The notes beneath the pieces were generated by a model. The model had not been told where the DNA came from and did not search any database. It worked only from the letters and a program-made list of their open reading frames with translations. A DNA stretch of 64,000 nucleotides from a virus (lineage: Duplodnaviria > Caudoviricetes): IMG/VR virus record IMGVR_UViG_3300044961_000667, one strand, 5' to 3'. Position 1 is the stretch's first letter; each line of letters begins with the position of its first letter. Below, in pieces: positions 10,601 to 18,712 of the stretch. The translations under genes and the position numbers were made by a program.

Positions 10601-10841
10601 CGAAGTAGTAGTCGTCGTCGAGCCAGGTGCGGACGTCAACAACCTCGCGCTCGTACTCCGCTTCAGAGGCCAGCTTCAGGAGCGTCTTCACCCCATCCTG
10701 GGTTTCCTGCGCCTCGCGAAGAATGGTCTCGACAAAGACCTTCTCCTCCGGAGTCAGATCCTTGTAGTCGCTTTCGAGGAGCTTGATGTCCTCCTGCGGC
10801 GTACGAACGCTGATCTGTCTGCCACCGATGTCGACGATCAT
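7698..10841 (-). CDS. terL: Terminase large subunit, intein-containing
   Basis: Walker A GGAIGWGKS, Walker B FGAAIDE, nuclease motifs HIHLDPALSDD and KKVDHPQDGSKDVADG; upstream of portal. Confidence 0.93.
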   Translation of the reverse strand: MIVDIGGRQISVRTPQEDIKLLESDYKDLTPEEKVFVETILREAQETQDGVKTLLKLASEAEYEREVVDVRTWLDDDYYFGEVAKGLWPKLKEDVVELFTGSYHEVVLGGAIGWGKSTFAEIVIARQIYEMSCLRNPQRSYGLASGSEIVFAGISVNEKTAMATLLEGLAQKLIVSPYFNEKFKCHRSMEALRFPKNIWAVPASSADNSVIGRNVFGAAIDETNFMSFTREQKASHARWGHIDKGSQLYSSILRRMKSRFLRGGQMPGMLMTISSKKGTTDFTERKIRESADNPRIFVREYALWDVKKYSDQKFRVVIGTDDVSSRVLADSEPVPDTVAQGKQRIIEVPIDFRSDFEEDLDGSLREIAGIATDSIRPYIRNKEKIIKALSSKRPMPRPGGLEWDPTTPLALDWSALCVERQRRSVNGKTLLSYKPRFNPDAQRHIHLDPALSDDSYGFAMGHVAKMVEVVRTNWSSGKKSKEMVPFIVIDLALRIVPPDRGEIPMAEVRRLIYELTEHGFHIGLVTMDTYQCLAAGTRVSTSRGLLPIEEVLIGDIVQSRAGPKPVKNVWAFGRQPVLKLSTADGDSLVGTGRHRIEVQVGWGPESESEFGWTREPIWEWRRLDEIRAGDVVRMASSPVEMDAPDVELVGDKRDLGWSPARAGVLSEWSLPVRMGPALAEWLGLVWGDGNIGEDSVRLTVTDDEAVDAQAVFMRLFGVAPEYRGVDGAGFGTVSVSARWLVRWMEQNGLRKPLVPEAVLRGSRAVKASFLRGLFATDGNVGRLDGYVSLSTKHRDLADQVRLMLRCDFGIESKLVIMERGHPGDYVKDGVQYVVGVRGARRKFLERIGFSYSRKQVELEKHVGVVGRRIFARVVSVEADGEADVFDLEVEDDPSYLANGFMSHNSADMRQNLNSKGYKAEVLSVDSSSDAYDLLKNAINEERFDCLPFPHLEKELRQLEWNPKRKKVDHPQDGSKDVADGLAGVTMSLTTRLAPQPLVASPGISEYRDATVEDIDWVLPRNEKGETMRPKEEPGAKDNWAPLLPVKG
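8130..9248 (-). mobile_element. Intein (373 aa) with LAGLIDADG homing endonuclease in terminase
   Basis: Starts CLAAGTRV after TMDTYQ and ends YLANGFMSHN before Ser (+1). Contains WLGLVWGDG and FLRGLFATDG motifs. Visibly more A/T at third codon positions than the flanks. Confidence 0.95.
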
Positions 10842-10844
10842 CGG

Positions 10845-11564
10845 CTACTCCTCGCTCGACTCGTCACCGCCAGCCGCAGGCTCGACCTGCGGATCGTCGA
10901 TGGGCTTCGACTCCGCGTCCACGACCTCTTCCGCAGCCGTCTTGCTGATCCTCATCAGCCGCTCCGCGAAGTTCAGCGCCTTCCGCCGTGAAGCCGGATC
11001 GTTGATGACCTTCGACACCTCCTCGCGGCCGTACCTCGCGCTCAGGTCCGCCGTGAGATGGGTGTCGACGTCGAGCTGACCGATGTGGCGCTTGTCGATA
11101 CCCAGGTCCATCTTCAGCTCGGCGCGGTTCTTCAGAATCCGCATCGCGATGTACATTTCGGCGCCGGTCCCCTTGAAGAGCTTGTTCAGCTTCTTCTCGG
11201 TCGCCATGTCGATCTCGATGCGCTCACACTGCCACTTGTAGAGCTTCTCCAGCTCCGCAAGCTCATCGAGGCCGCTCTCGATCTTGCTCACGGCCTTGTG
11301 CAGCACCTCGGGCATCCGCACCGAAACCAGCTGCCCTGGCGGCAACGACTCGCGGTACGACCCGAGCATCGCCACCATGCGGTCGCGCGTGATGTCGGTG
11401 TACTCCTTGGCGTCCTCCTGGATGTACTTGGCGACAGCAGCGAGGGCCCACCCCGCGAGGATGCGCTTGTGCACCTCCTCGAAGCAGTTCAACCCACGGA
11501 GTCGGACGAACCGCGTGGGGCGGGCGGTCGGTCTGGTGACTGGGCGAAGCCTCTCGGTAGTCAT
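10845..11564 (-). CDS. Probable terminase small subunit
   Basis: Immediately upstream of terL; N-terminal HTH-like segment (ILAGWALAAVAKYIQE) followed by helical coiled coil. Call is mainly positional. Confidence 0.55.
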   Translation of the reverse strand: MTTERLRPVTRPTARPTRFVRLRGLNCFEEVHKRILAGWALAAVAKYIQEDAKEYTDITRDRMVAMLGSYRESLPPGQLVSVRMPEVLHKAVSKIESGLDELAELEKLYKWQCERIEIDMATEKKLNKLFKGTGAEMYIAMRILKNRAELKMDLGIDKRHIGQLDVDTHLTADLSARYGREEVSKVINDPASRRKALNFAERLMRISKTAAEEVVDAESKPIDDPQVEPAAGGDESSEE

Positions 11565-11576
11565 CGACAGCTCTCT

Positions 11577-11594
11577 CGCGCAATCGATTGCGCG
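11577..11594. promoter_or_regulatory. Perfect 18-bp palindrome CGCGCAATCGATTGCGCG (copy 1 of 6)
   Basis: Read directly; 12 nt upstream of the terS start. Confidence 0.85.
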
Positions 11595-11610
11595 TCCTCA
11601 TCAGCCGGAA

Positions 11611-12021
11611 CTACTTCTCGGACAGCCCGAGTTCCTTCAGCGCCTGTTCGAGCGTACCACCGTCCAGCAGCGCAGCCATTCTGGTGGCATCGCCGACCGT
11701 CGGTTCTGCTCCCGGCTTCCTGGGCTTCCAGAACAGCCTGTCGCCGATCTGCACCAGCTCCTGGTGGTGCGTCTTCACGAAGCGCAGGAGGCCGCAGTCG
11801 CACAGCTTGACCTGCTTGTCTGCGTCACCGCCCTTGCCCAGGACCGTGAACGCACCCTTGCCGAAGCACCGTCGACAGCCCTTCTTCGCGGAAAGGGCTA
11901 CCTCCGCCGGCTTGACTGGCTCCAGATCGTTCAGCCCGACTCCCAGGGAGTCTCGGACCTGCTGGTCGAGCTTCTTGTAGGGCTCGGGCACTTCAGGCGC
12001 AGCCTGCTCGGGGGTGTTCAC
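11611..12021 (-). CDS. Small Cys-containing (CRRC...CDC) putative zinc-binding protein
   Basis: GTG 12021 overlaps the ParB stop (GTGA). It is the C-terminal 136 aa of track ORF 11611..12636. Confidence 0.65.
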   Translation of the reverse strand: MNTPEQAAPEVPEPYKKLDQQVRDSLGVGLNDLEPVKPAEVALSAKKGCRRCFGKGAFTVLGKGGDADKQVKLCDCGLLRFVKTHHQELVQIGDRLFWKPRKPGAEPTVGDATRMAALLDGGTLEQALKELGLSEK

Positions 12022-12848
12022 GCCGCCGCCTCCGGGGCCGGCTTCTCTTCCGCGGCAGCCGCCACCGGCTCCTTCGGCAGATCCTCGACGTCCTTCTCCC
12101 AGTCCTTGAGCACGCGGTGCAGGAACTGGTTGATGTCGACCTTCGCCTTCATCGAGCGATCGGCGATCGCCTTCGCCTGCTTGAACGTCTCGGCGTCGCA
12201 CGCGATGTAGAGGTGCTCCTTCGAGCCGTACGTGAACACCATGAAGTTCTGCGTGATGGTGTCGCCGTACTCGTTGAAGAGGTGGTTCAGCACCGCCGAC
12301 AGATCGTCGATGGTCTTCACCTCCTTCTTCATCTCGTCGAACTTCTCCAGCATGTCGCCCGACAGCCCCGTGCTCTCCAGGGCCTCGCGGACTCCGCCGA
12401 CGAGCTTCTTGAAAGCCGCCTCGTCGGTGAAGCCCATCAGGTTCTGCATGGCGTCTTCGCCGTACCGCTGAGCCAGCTCGTTGTAGAGGCCGACCATCCT
12501 CTCGGGATCGAGCTTGCCCTTGATGACGTTGAGGCGGACGGTGACGAACTTCTGAAGGTCCACGTCCTTCCACTTCGTCTCCGACAGGACGGCCACCGGC
12601 ACCTCGGCGATGCCGAGCGACTTCGCTGCTCGCCACCGGTGCTCACCACCGATGATCCTGAGCTTCCCGTTCTCCATCGGGATCGCCTGGATCTGGTCGA
12701 TGAACCCGACGTTCGAGATCTCCTCCGCGAGCCGATTGAACTCGCGGTCGCTCATCTGGTTCGGGTTCCAGGGGTTCGGTTCCAGCTCGTCGACCGGCAC
12801 GAGCTTCGACACGTACACCTGGGGGATGTGGCTGTTCGTCTCGCTCAT
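12018..12848 (-). CDS. ParB/Sulfiredoxin N-terminal domain protein
   Basis: VPVDELEPNPWNPN...IIGGEHRWRAAK...VPV motif; C-terminal half not recognised. Confidence 0.88.
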   Translation of the reverse strand: MSETNSHIPQVYVSKLVPVDELEPNPWNPNQMSDREFNRLAEEISNVGFIDQIQAIPMENGKLRIIGGEHRWRAAKSLGIAEVPVAVLSETKWKDVDLQKFVTVRLNVIKGKLDPERMVGLYNELAQRYGEDAMQNLMGFTDEAAFKKLVGGVREALESTGLSGDMLEKFDEMKKEVKTIDDLSAVLNHLFNEYGDTITQNFMVFTYGSKEHLYIACDAETFKQAKAIADRSMKAKVDINQFLHRVLKDWEKDVEDLPKEPVAAAAEEKPAPEAAA

Positions 12849-12858
12849 CGTTCCTCCG

Positions 12859-14013
12859 TCAGCTGGTTGCGTACTTGCGAATCACTTCGCAGACCTGATC
12901 GGCCTGGCTCTCCAGCATGTGAGGCGACGAGGGGAGCAACACGCCCTTGCGAGCGATCTCCTCGGACACGGAGAACTTCCCGGCCTGCCACTGGTTCCGG
13001 TAGATCGGCAGGCTGGCCATCGGCTCGAAGAACGGGCGCACTTCGATCTTCTTCTCCGACAGCTCCGCGAGGAACTTCGGACGATCGATGGGCCGCTCGA
13101 ACAGCAGCGCGTTGAGCCAGTACACCGGCTTGTTGCCCGCGATGGGCTTCTGCACGGTCACCAGCTTCCGGTTCACGAGATCGGCGAGGCGCACTGCGTA
13201 CCAGTCTGCCACCTGGCGCTTCCTCTTGACCACCTCGGGCAGGATGTCGACCTGCGCAGAGCCGATCGCGCCCATGACGTTGCCCATGTTGTACTGCCAG
13301 GCGATCTCGTCGTGGTAGTAGCGCCGCTTGTCGTCGGGGCGACCGAGGTCTCCGAGCTTCTTGATGCGGTGGTACACCTCGGGGTCGTTGGTCAGCGTCA
13401 TCCCGCCTTCGCCGACGCCGATCATCTTGTCGCCGCGGAAGCTGAAGCTGGATGCGTCGCCGACCGCGCCAACCATCACGCTGTCCATGTCGGTGGCGGA
13501 AGTCGCGTTGGACCGCAGAACGCCGATGCTGGCTCCGTGGGCCTCGGCACAGTCCTCGATGAGGATCACGCCCGTCTGGTCGCACATCTTCCTGAGCTTC
13601 ATCGTGTCGCGAGCCGGGTGCCCGTAGATGTGCACGAGAACGATGGCCGTGACGCCTCCGGCCTCGATCTCCTTCTTGGCCGCCTCGAAGTCCATGCCGA
13701 AAGTCTCTCGCTCCACCTCCACGAGCGTCACGCGAGCGCCGGCGTGCACCACCGCGTTCGGCGTGGCCACGCACGTGTAGTTCGGCACGAGCACGCGACC
13801 GCCAGTGACGCCGCAGCCGGCGAGGGCCAAGGTGATGGCGGTCGTCCCGTTGCAGTTCGCGAACCCATGCTTCACGCCGAGCAGCTCGCAGAACTTCCGC
13901 TCGAACTCGTCGACAAAGCGACCACGAGTGAGCCAGTTCTCCTCGAAGCACTTGGCCACGTTGGCCATCTCGTTGCCGCTCAGAAACGAATCAGTCAATC
14001 GCACGACGGACAT
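12859..14013 (-). CDS. DegT/DnrJ/EryC1/StrS PLP-dependent NDP-sugar aminotransferase (perosamine synthase-like)
   Basis: NGTTAITLAL, TCVATPNAV, IEDCAEAHG, SFRGDKMIGVGEGGM (catalytic Lys kept), QYNMGNVMGAIG, RPFFEP. Confidence 0.93.
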   Translation of the reverse strand: MSVVRLTDSFLSGNEMANVAKCFEENWLTRGRFVDEFERKFCELLGVKHGFANCNGTTAITLALAGCGVTGGRVLVPNYTCVATPNAVVHAGARVTLVEVERETFGMDFEAAKKEIEAGGVTAIVLVHIYGHPARDTMKLRKMCDQTGVILIEDCAEAHGASIGVLRSNATSATDMDSVMVGAVGDASSFSFRGDKMIGVGEGGMTLTNDPEVYHRIKKLGDLGRPDDKRRYYHDEIAWQYNMGNVMGAIGSAQVDILPEVVKRKRQVADWYAVRLADLVNRKLVTVQKPIAGNKPVYWLNALLFERPIDRPKFLAELSEKKIEVRPFFEPMASLPIYRNQWQAGKFSVSEEIARKGVLLPSSPHMLESQADQVCEVIRKYATS

Positions 14014-14026
14014 CTCTACCTCCTGG

Positions 14027-14758
14027 TCAGTTCAGCTTCCGGAAAGCGAAGACCCGATAGCGCGGCTTCAGGAACCACAGCAGCTTCTCCCCCAGCCGGG
14101 TCAGCCAGTAGGAGACAGCGTTCTTCCCCAGCAGGCGGAAGATCGCTCCGTCGACTCGATTGACGACCTCGACTGCATCGAGATCGAAGCCAACCTGGAA
14201 GAAGTTGAACTTCATCTTCGACTCGGTCTCGATGTCCTTGTAGCCGAGCCCCTTCTGGAAGGCCGGCACCAGCGGAGGCGCCCACTCCAGCACCATCGCC
14301 ACCGTCCCCGGCTTGCACTTGGCCAGGTAGCCGAACAACGCCTCGCGGTCGTCGTGCGGCATGAAGTTGTAGACGGTGAGCAGCGTGACGACGTCGGCGA
14401 TCCCGATGTGCGTCTCCACGGCAGCGGACGGCACGGTCCCGGCCTCGAAGAACAGCCGCATGTTGGCGCTCTTCGTTGCCCGCTCGACGAACTCAGCGCG
14501 ATCGAGTCCGACGGTCTTCGTGTTCGCCCCGCCCAGCTCAGACAACAGCTTGGTGAAGGTTCCCACGCCGCAGCCGATGTCGACCACCATCGACGCGCCC
14601 TGGAAATACGACTTGAGCCGGCGCAACGCGGCGCTTCGCACCTCGAACGAGTACCCGTCCTGCCACCTGTTCAGGAAGTGACAGGGGTCTCCGCCCTCGG
14701 CGTTCCGCTTCTCCCAGAACGCATCGATCTCACTCTTTGTCCACATCCTGGTCAGCAT
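14027..14758 (-). CDS. Class I SAM-dependent methyltransferase
   Basis: VVDIGCGVG motif I, VGLD motif II. Confidence 0.88.
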   Translation of the reverse strand: MLTRMWTKSEIDAFWEKRNAEGGDPCHFLNRWQDGYSFEVRSAALRRLKSYFQGASMVVDIGCGVGTFTKLLSELGGANTKTVGLDRAEFVERATKSANMRLFFEAGTVPSAAVETHIGIADVVTLLTVYNFMPHDDREALFGYLAKCKPGTVAMVLEWAPPLVPAFQKGLGYKDIETESKMKFNFFQVGFDLDAVEVVNRVDGAIFRLLGKNAVSYWLTRLGEKLLWFLKPRYRVFAFRKLN

Positions 14759-16187
14759 CTTGGGGCAGCTCGTCTTTGGGCTGAACGCTCTTGGCGGTCA
14801 GGCGTGGGTCTTCACTCTGATGATCGTCGTCGTAGTACCGAAGCGCCGTGTCGTAGAGGCACAGCATCGGGAACGATCCGCGGTTCGACCGCGAAGCGAA
14901 GATCATGTTCTTCGTGTACGCGCGGTTGATGACTTCCTTCTGCAGCTGACTGAAGGTCAGGCTCGTCAACCCTTCCTTCACGCAGCGCTCTACCAGCTCG
15001 GCGAGCCGCTTGGCGGGCTTCCTCGGGTACGAGCGCTCGTTGATCGTGGCCAGCATCCTCGCCATGCCCGTGTCTCGGCTGTAGTGATCGGCCGTCCACT
15101 GCGACACGTCGGCGAGCTTCTCCTTCAGCTCGTCGTGGTGTTCCATCATGTACCGCAGGAGCGTGACTCCCTCCTCGGTGGACTTGAACAGCAGCGGGTA
15201 GCCAGGCTTGAGAATCTTCTTCTCGTGCCCGTAGTCCTGGAACGCGACCATCAGCCCCGCGTACAGCCACTCGTGCGGCGAGCTGGGGAACATCTTCAGT
15301 GACTGGATGAAGATGCCGTAGTGACAGCGCGCCATCTGGCGCCACATGTCGCGCTGCGACAGGCCCGTGTGGATCTCGACAGCGCCCTGGCGACGCCCTT
15401 CCATCACCTTCGTCAGCCGCGGGTTCTCCCGAGCCGTACAGATGATGACCTTCACCTCGCGACCGCTGCGGAACAGGTAGTCGGCCAGCTCGATGGCGCG
15501 TTCTCCGCCCTTCGTGTTGGTGAACCGCCCCGAGAAGAAGAAGGTCGGCACCTTCTCTTTCTCAACGCCTTCGATGGCCGCGGTCACCTCCGCCGGCGAG
15601 AAGGCGATCGGCACCACCTGCAGATTCTTGTCGATGCGGTTGAACCACGACGGCGACATCGTCAGCCTGGCCGCTTCGAGCACCGCCTTCTTCTGGAACT
15701 CGCTGAACAGGAACGTGTGACAGCTGGCGTACCCGGTCTGATGAAACAGCAGGTTCGTCTCTTCGGTCTGCAGCTCATCGCTGCCGACGTACTTGGTCGA
15801 GAAGTCCCAGATGTACACCGGCACGGGGCGATAGCCGCCGCCACCGAACACGTTGAAGAACTCCGCGAGCCGACCACCGATGCCGGCGTTGTTCGTCACG
15901 ACGAAGTCGACAGGCCGAGAGCCCCAGATCGGGTTGTACTTGATCAGCTTGTCGTAGAAGACCATCTCGTGCTCGTCGCGCGTGGCGACGAAGTCGTACG
16001 GGATGGTCTCAACCCCAGGGATGGGCTCCTCTTCCTTGCCCTTCTCCCCGTACCTGTGCGGAACGAACCAGGTCACGAAGTGGCCCTGGCTCGCGAGGAA
16101 CTTGGCGAACGCCTTCGTGAGGATGAACGACGAGTCAGCCCGGTAGTCGGACGGGAACTCGTAGCTCGGGAAGATGAGCGCTCTCAC
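14730..16187 (-). CDS. GT-B fold glycosyltransferase (GT4-like)
   Basis: GHFVTWFVP, FFFSGRFTNTKG and a C-terminal donor-binding region (MFPSSPHEWLYAG...YPLLF); cluster context. Confidence 0.75.
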   Translation of the reverse strand: MRALIFPSYEFPSDYRADSSFILTKAFAKFLASQGHFVTWFVPHRYGEKGKEEEPIPGVETIPYDFVATRDEHEMVFYDKLIKYNPIWGSRPVDFVVTNNAGIGGRLAEFFNVFGGGGYRPVPVYIWDFSTKYVGSDELQTEETNLLFHQTGYASCHTFLFSEFQKKAVLEAARLTMSPSWFNRIDKNLQVVPIAFSPAEVTAAIEGVEKEKVPTFFFSGRFTNTKGGERAIELADYLFRSGREVKVIICTARENPRLTKVMEGRRQGAVEIHTGLSQRDMWRQMARCHYGIFIQSLKMFPSSPHEWLYAGLMVAFQDYGHEKKILKPGYPLLFKSTEEGVTLLRYMMEHHDELKEKLADVSQWTADHYSRDTGMARMLATINERSYPRKPAKRLAELVERCVKEGLTSLTFSQLQKEVINRAYTKNMIFASRSNRGSFPMLCLYDTALRYYDDDHQSEDPRLTAKSVQPKDELPQDADQDVDKE

Positions 16188-17149
16188 TCAAAGCACCAGC
16201 CACCGTTCTGGAGGTACCACTCGACCGTCTTCTTGAGGCCCGACTTGAAGTCGGTGAACGGCCGGTCGACGTACTTCTTCAGCTTCGAGGCGTCAGCCAG
16301 CAAGTGGTTGACGTCGAGCGGACGAATGCGCGACTGGTCGACACGCACCTCGCGGGTGAACTTGACGCCCTTCTCCTGGAGAACGTCCATCGTCCACTGC
16401 GCGATGTCTGACACCTTGTGCGTCTCGCCGGTGCCGATGTTGATGACCTCTCCGAAGATGTCGTCGCGCTGGGCCAGCTCGCAGGCGATCTCGGCCGCAT
16501 CGTCGACGTAGACGAAGTCGCGGAACGAGGCCAGGTTCCCCAGCTTGATGACGTTCTCCTTCACGGCCTGGCGGATGATCTCCGGGATCACGTACGGGTG
16601 CGTCTCGCGCGGCCCGTAGCAGTTGAACTGCCGGAAGATGATCAGCTTCAGCCCGCGCTCGTACTGCCACACCCACGCCAGGCGCTCTTGGGCGAGCTTG
16701 GAAACAGCGTAGGTGGAGTAGGGGTTGAGAGGCGACGTTTCGCTCAGGAAAGTCCCCTTGCCGTCCCCGTACAGCTCACTGGACGAGTACAGGATGACTC
16801 TCGGCTTGTGGTCCGACTTCACCACCGCCTCGTAGAGCGCCATGCTGTCGCCGACGTTCGAGTCGAAGAACACCTTGGGCTGGTCGAACGACTTCGGGAT
16901 GTACGGCTCCGCGGCCAGGTGGAACACCACGTCGATGCCGTGCTGGTCGATGAACTTCGGAAGGACCGAGCCGACCGGCTGAATGCACACCTTCAGCATC
17001 GGGTCTTCCGGCAGGTGCTTCTGCGAACCGGCCCGCATGTCGTCGACCACCACGACACGGCACTCCCGGCTCAGCAGCGAGCGAACCAGGGAGGAGCCGA
17101 TGAAACCCGCACCGCCAGTGACCAACACCGTCTTGCCAGAGAGATTCAT
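16184..17149 (-). CDS. NAD-dependent NDP-sugar epimerase/4,6-dehydratase (extended SDR)
   Basis: LVTGGAGFIGS, FHLAA, SSSELYG, YAVSK (YxxxK), RQFNCYGP, RDFVYVDD. Confidence 0.93.
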   Translation of the reverse strand: MNLSGKTVLVTGGAGFIGSSLVRSLLSRECRVVVVDDMRAGSQKHLPEDPMLKVCIQPVGSVLPKFIDQHGIDVVFHLAAEPYIPKSFDQPKVFFDSNVGDSMALYEAVVKSDHKPRVILYSSSELYGDGKGTFLSETSPLNPYSTYAVSKLAQERLAWVWQYERGLKLIIFRQFNCYGPRETHPYVIPEIIRQAVKENVIKLGNLASFRDFVYVDDAAEIACELAQRDDIFGEVINIGTGETHKVSDIAQWTMDVLQEKGVKFTREVRVDQSRIRPLDVNHLLADASKLKKYVDRPFTDFKSGLKKTVEWYLQNGGWCFE

Positions 17150-17192
17150 TTTCAGTCCGCGTCGTTCAAGAGGTCAGTACTGCCCTCGAACG

Positions 17193-17221
17193 GCCATACC
17201 GTCCATGATCTGCTCTGTCAA
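17193..17221 (-). promoter_or_regulatory. Sigma70-like promoter upstream of the dehydratase
   Basis: TTGACA-17 bp-TATGGC in the 120-bp intergenic gap, just after an imperfect hairpin at ~17235-17263. Confidence 0.5.
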
Positions 17222-17269
17222 CGCACGAGAGCCAGGCAAACCCGAGAGACGCCAGGGGTTTGGCCAGCC

Positions 17270-18712
17270 CTACCCGCGCTTCATGTGGAGCTTGGGCCCG
17301 TCGCACATGTCGACGTACCCGAACGACGTCAGCATCCACTTCATCGCCAACGGCGAGATGTACTTGAAGTCCGCCTGAGCCCTGGATCGAGCGCTCATCG
17401 CCTTGTAGACGACGGAGAGGTCGCTCACCTCGGGCCACTGTTCGGCCTTCACCGCCTCTTCGAGAAGCCCGTACGCAGGACTGATGCGCTGCACAGTCTC
17501 GATGTTCCGCTTGGCGACCGGCTCCATGAACTGCTTCACGGCCGCGTCCCAGGCACGAGCGACATCGATGGTGCCCCACGGCTCGGTGAACTCGATGAGC
17601 TTCTTGCCCCACTGCGCCTTCACCTCATCGAAGTTCTTCGCGACGTACGCCAGCTTCACTCGCAGGTCAGCCATCCCCTTCGCGATGAACGGGTAGTCCT
17701 TCGGCAGGCGGTTCCGAATCCACACAGTGTCGGTCACCACGGGGATCTGCCCCGAGCGAATCGCCTCCATGTAGGCCAGGCCGGTGCCTTCGTAGTCGCA
17801 GGCGCACACCAGCACGTCACCTTCGTGCAGCGACTCGATGTAGCGCCTGTGGCCGACCCCCGTTTCCAGCTGGACCTGCTGCTCACCGAAGGGATTCTCC
17901 TTCGGAGTGTGCTGCGTCTTGAAGACTCCCTGGATCGGGAATCCCTTGCTGGTCAGCTCGTACAACTGCTTGGCCACCTGCTCCAGGTGTCGCTTCCCCT
18001 CCAGTGAGCCACCGTGGAAGACGGCAACCTTCCCCGTCTCCCGCCGGCGAGCCGCACGCTTCTGCTCGAACTCGTCGCGCTGCTTGTCGATGGGCGGGTA
18101 GTCGGCGCACGCGCGAATCACGTACGTCCACTTCATGATCCGGTCGACCATCGACGGCGACATGCAGCGGCGGACGACACGAAACAGTTCGTCACGGTCG
18201 TACTCGTTCATCACGAACACCGGACCGACAGCCGCCGCCGAGGAGATGAGCGCATACCCCGCCTCCTCGCGCATCGTCGGCAGGCGATCGTCCAGGCTGG
18301 ACTCGGTGTAGTACGTCACCACCGGAACCTCGATCTGCTGGTACCACTTCCCCGGCGGCACGGTGAACGCCAGCTTCAGCGCAGCCGAGTGGAAGAACTT
18401 CTGGTTCAGCACGTAGTCGAACAGCACCTTCCCCTTCTTCGGGAGAAGGGGCGTCATCGTCTCCATCGAGATCGGCGGGAAGTCGAACTGGCTGATGAAC
18501 GGGTCGCCCATCGGCAGCGTGTTGATCCACGGCTTCTGGAAGTACGAGTCGTCCCAGTTCAGCTCGTTCTTGTTGGGCGGGACGACCCACTCGCAGTAGT
18601 GCCGCGAGCCGATCGCATCCAGGCCCTCCAGCACCGCCTGCATGTTGTTCATCATGCTGTTGCCGGAGAGATCCTTCGACGTGTACAGCTCGATGAGACT
18701 CAGGAAGCGCAT
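17270..18712 (-). CDS. Second GT-B fold glycosyltransferase
   Basis: Start moved to ATG 18712 (TGATG overlap). VFHGGSLEGKRH and YEGTGLAYMEAIRSGQIPVV match the GT4-type E-x7-E donor-binding motif. Confidence 0.8.
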   Translation of the reverse strand: MRFLSLIELYTSKDLSGNSMMNNMQAVLEGLDAIGSRHYCEWVVPPNKNELNWDDSYFQKPWINTLPMGDPFISQFDFPPISMETMTPLLPKKGKVLFDYVLNQKFFHSAALKLAFTVPPGKWYQQIEVPVVTYYTESSLDDRLPTMREEAGYALISSAAAVGPVFVMNEYDRDELFRVVRRCMSPSMVDRIMKWTYVIRACADYPPIDKQRDEFEQKRAARRRETGKVAVFHGGSLEGKRHLEQVAKQLYELTSKGFPIQGVFKTQHTPKENPFGEQQVQLETGVGHRRYIESLHEGDVLVCACDYEGTGLAYMEAIRSGQIPVVTDTVWIRNRLPKDYPFIAKGMADLRVKLAYVAKNFDEVKAQWGKKLIEFTEPWGTIDVARAWDAAVKQFMEPVAKRNIETVQRISPAYGLLEEAVKAEQWPEVSDLSVVYKAMSARSRAQADFKYISPLAMKWMLTSFGYVDMCDGPKLHMKRG

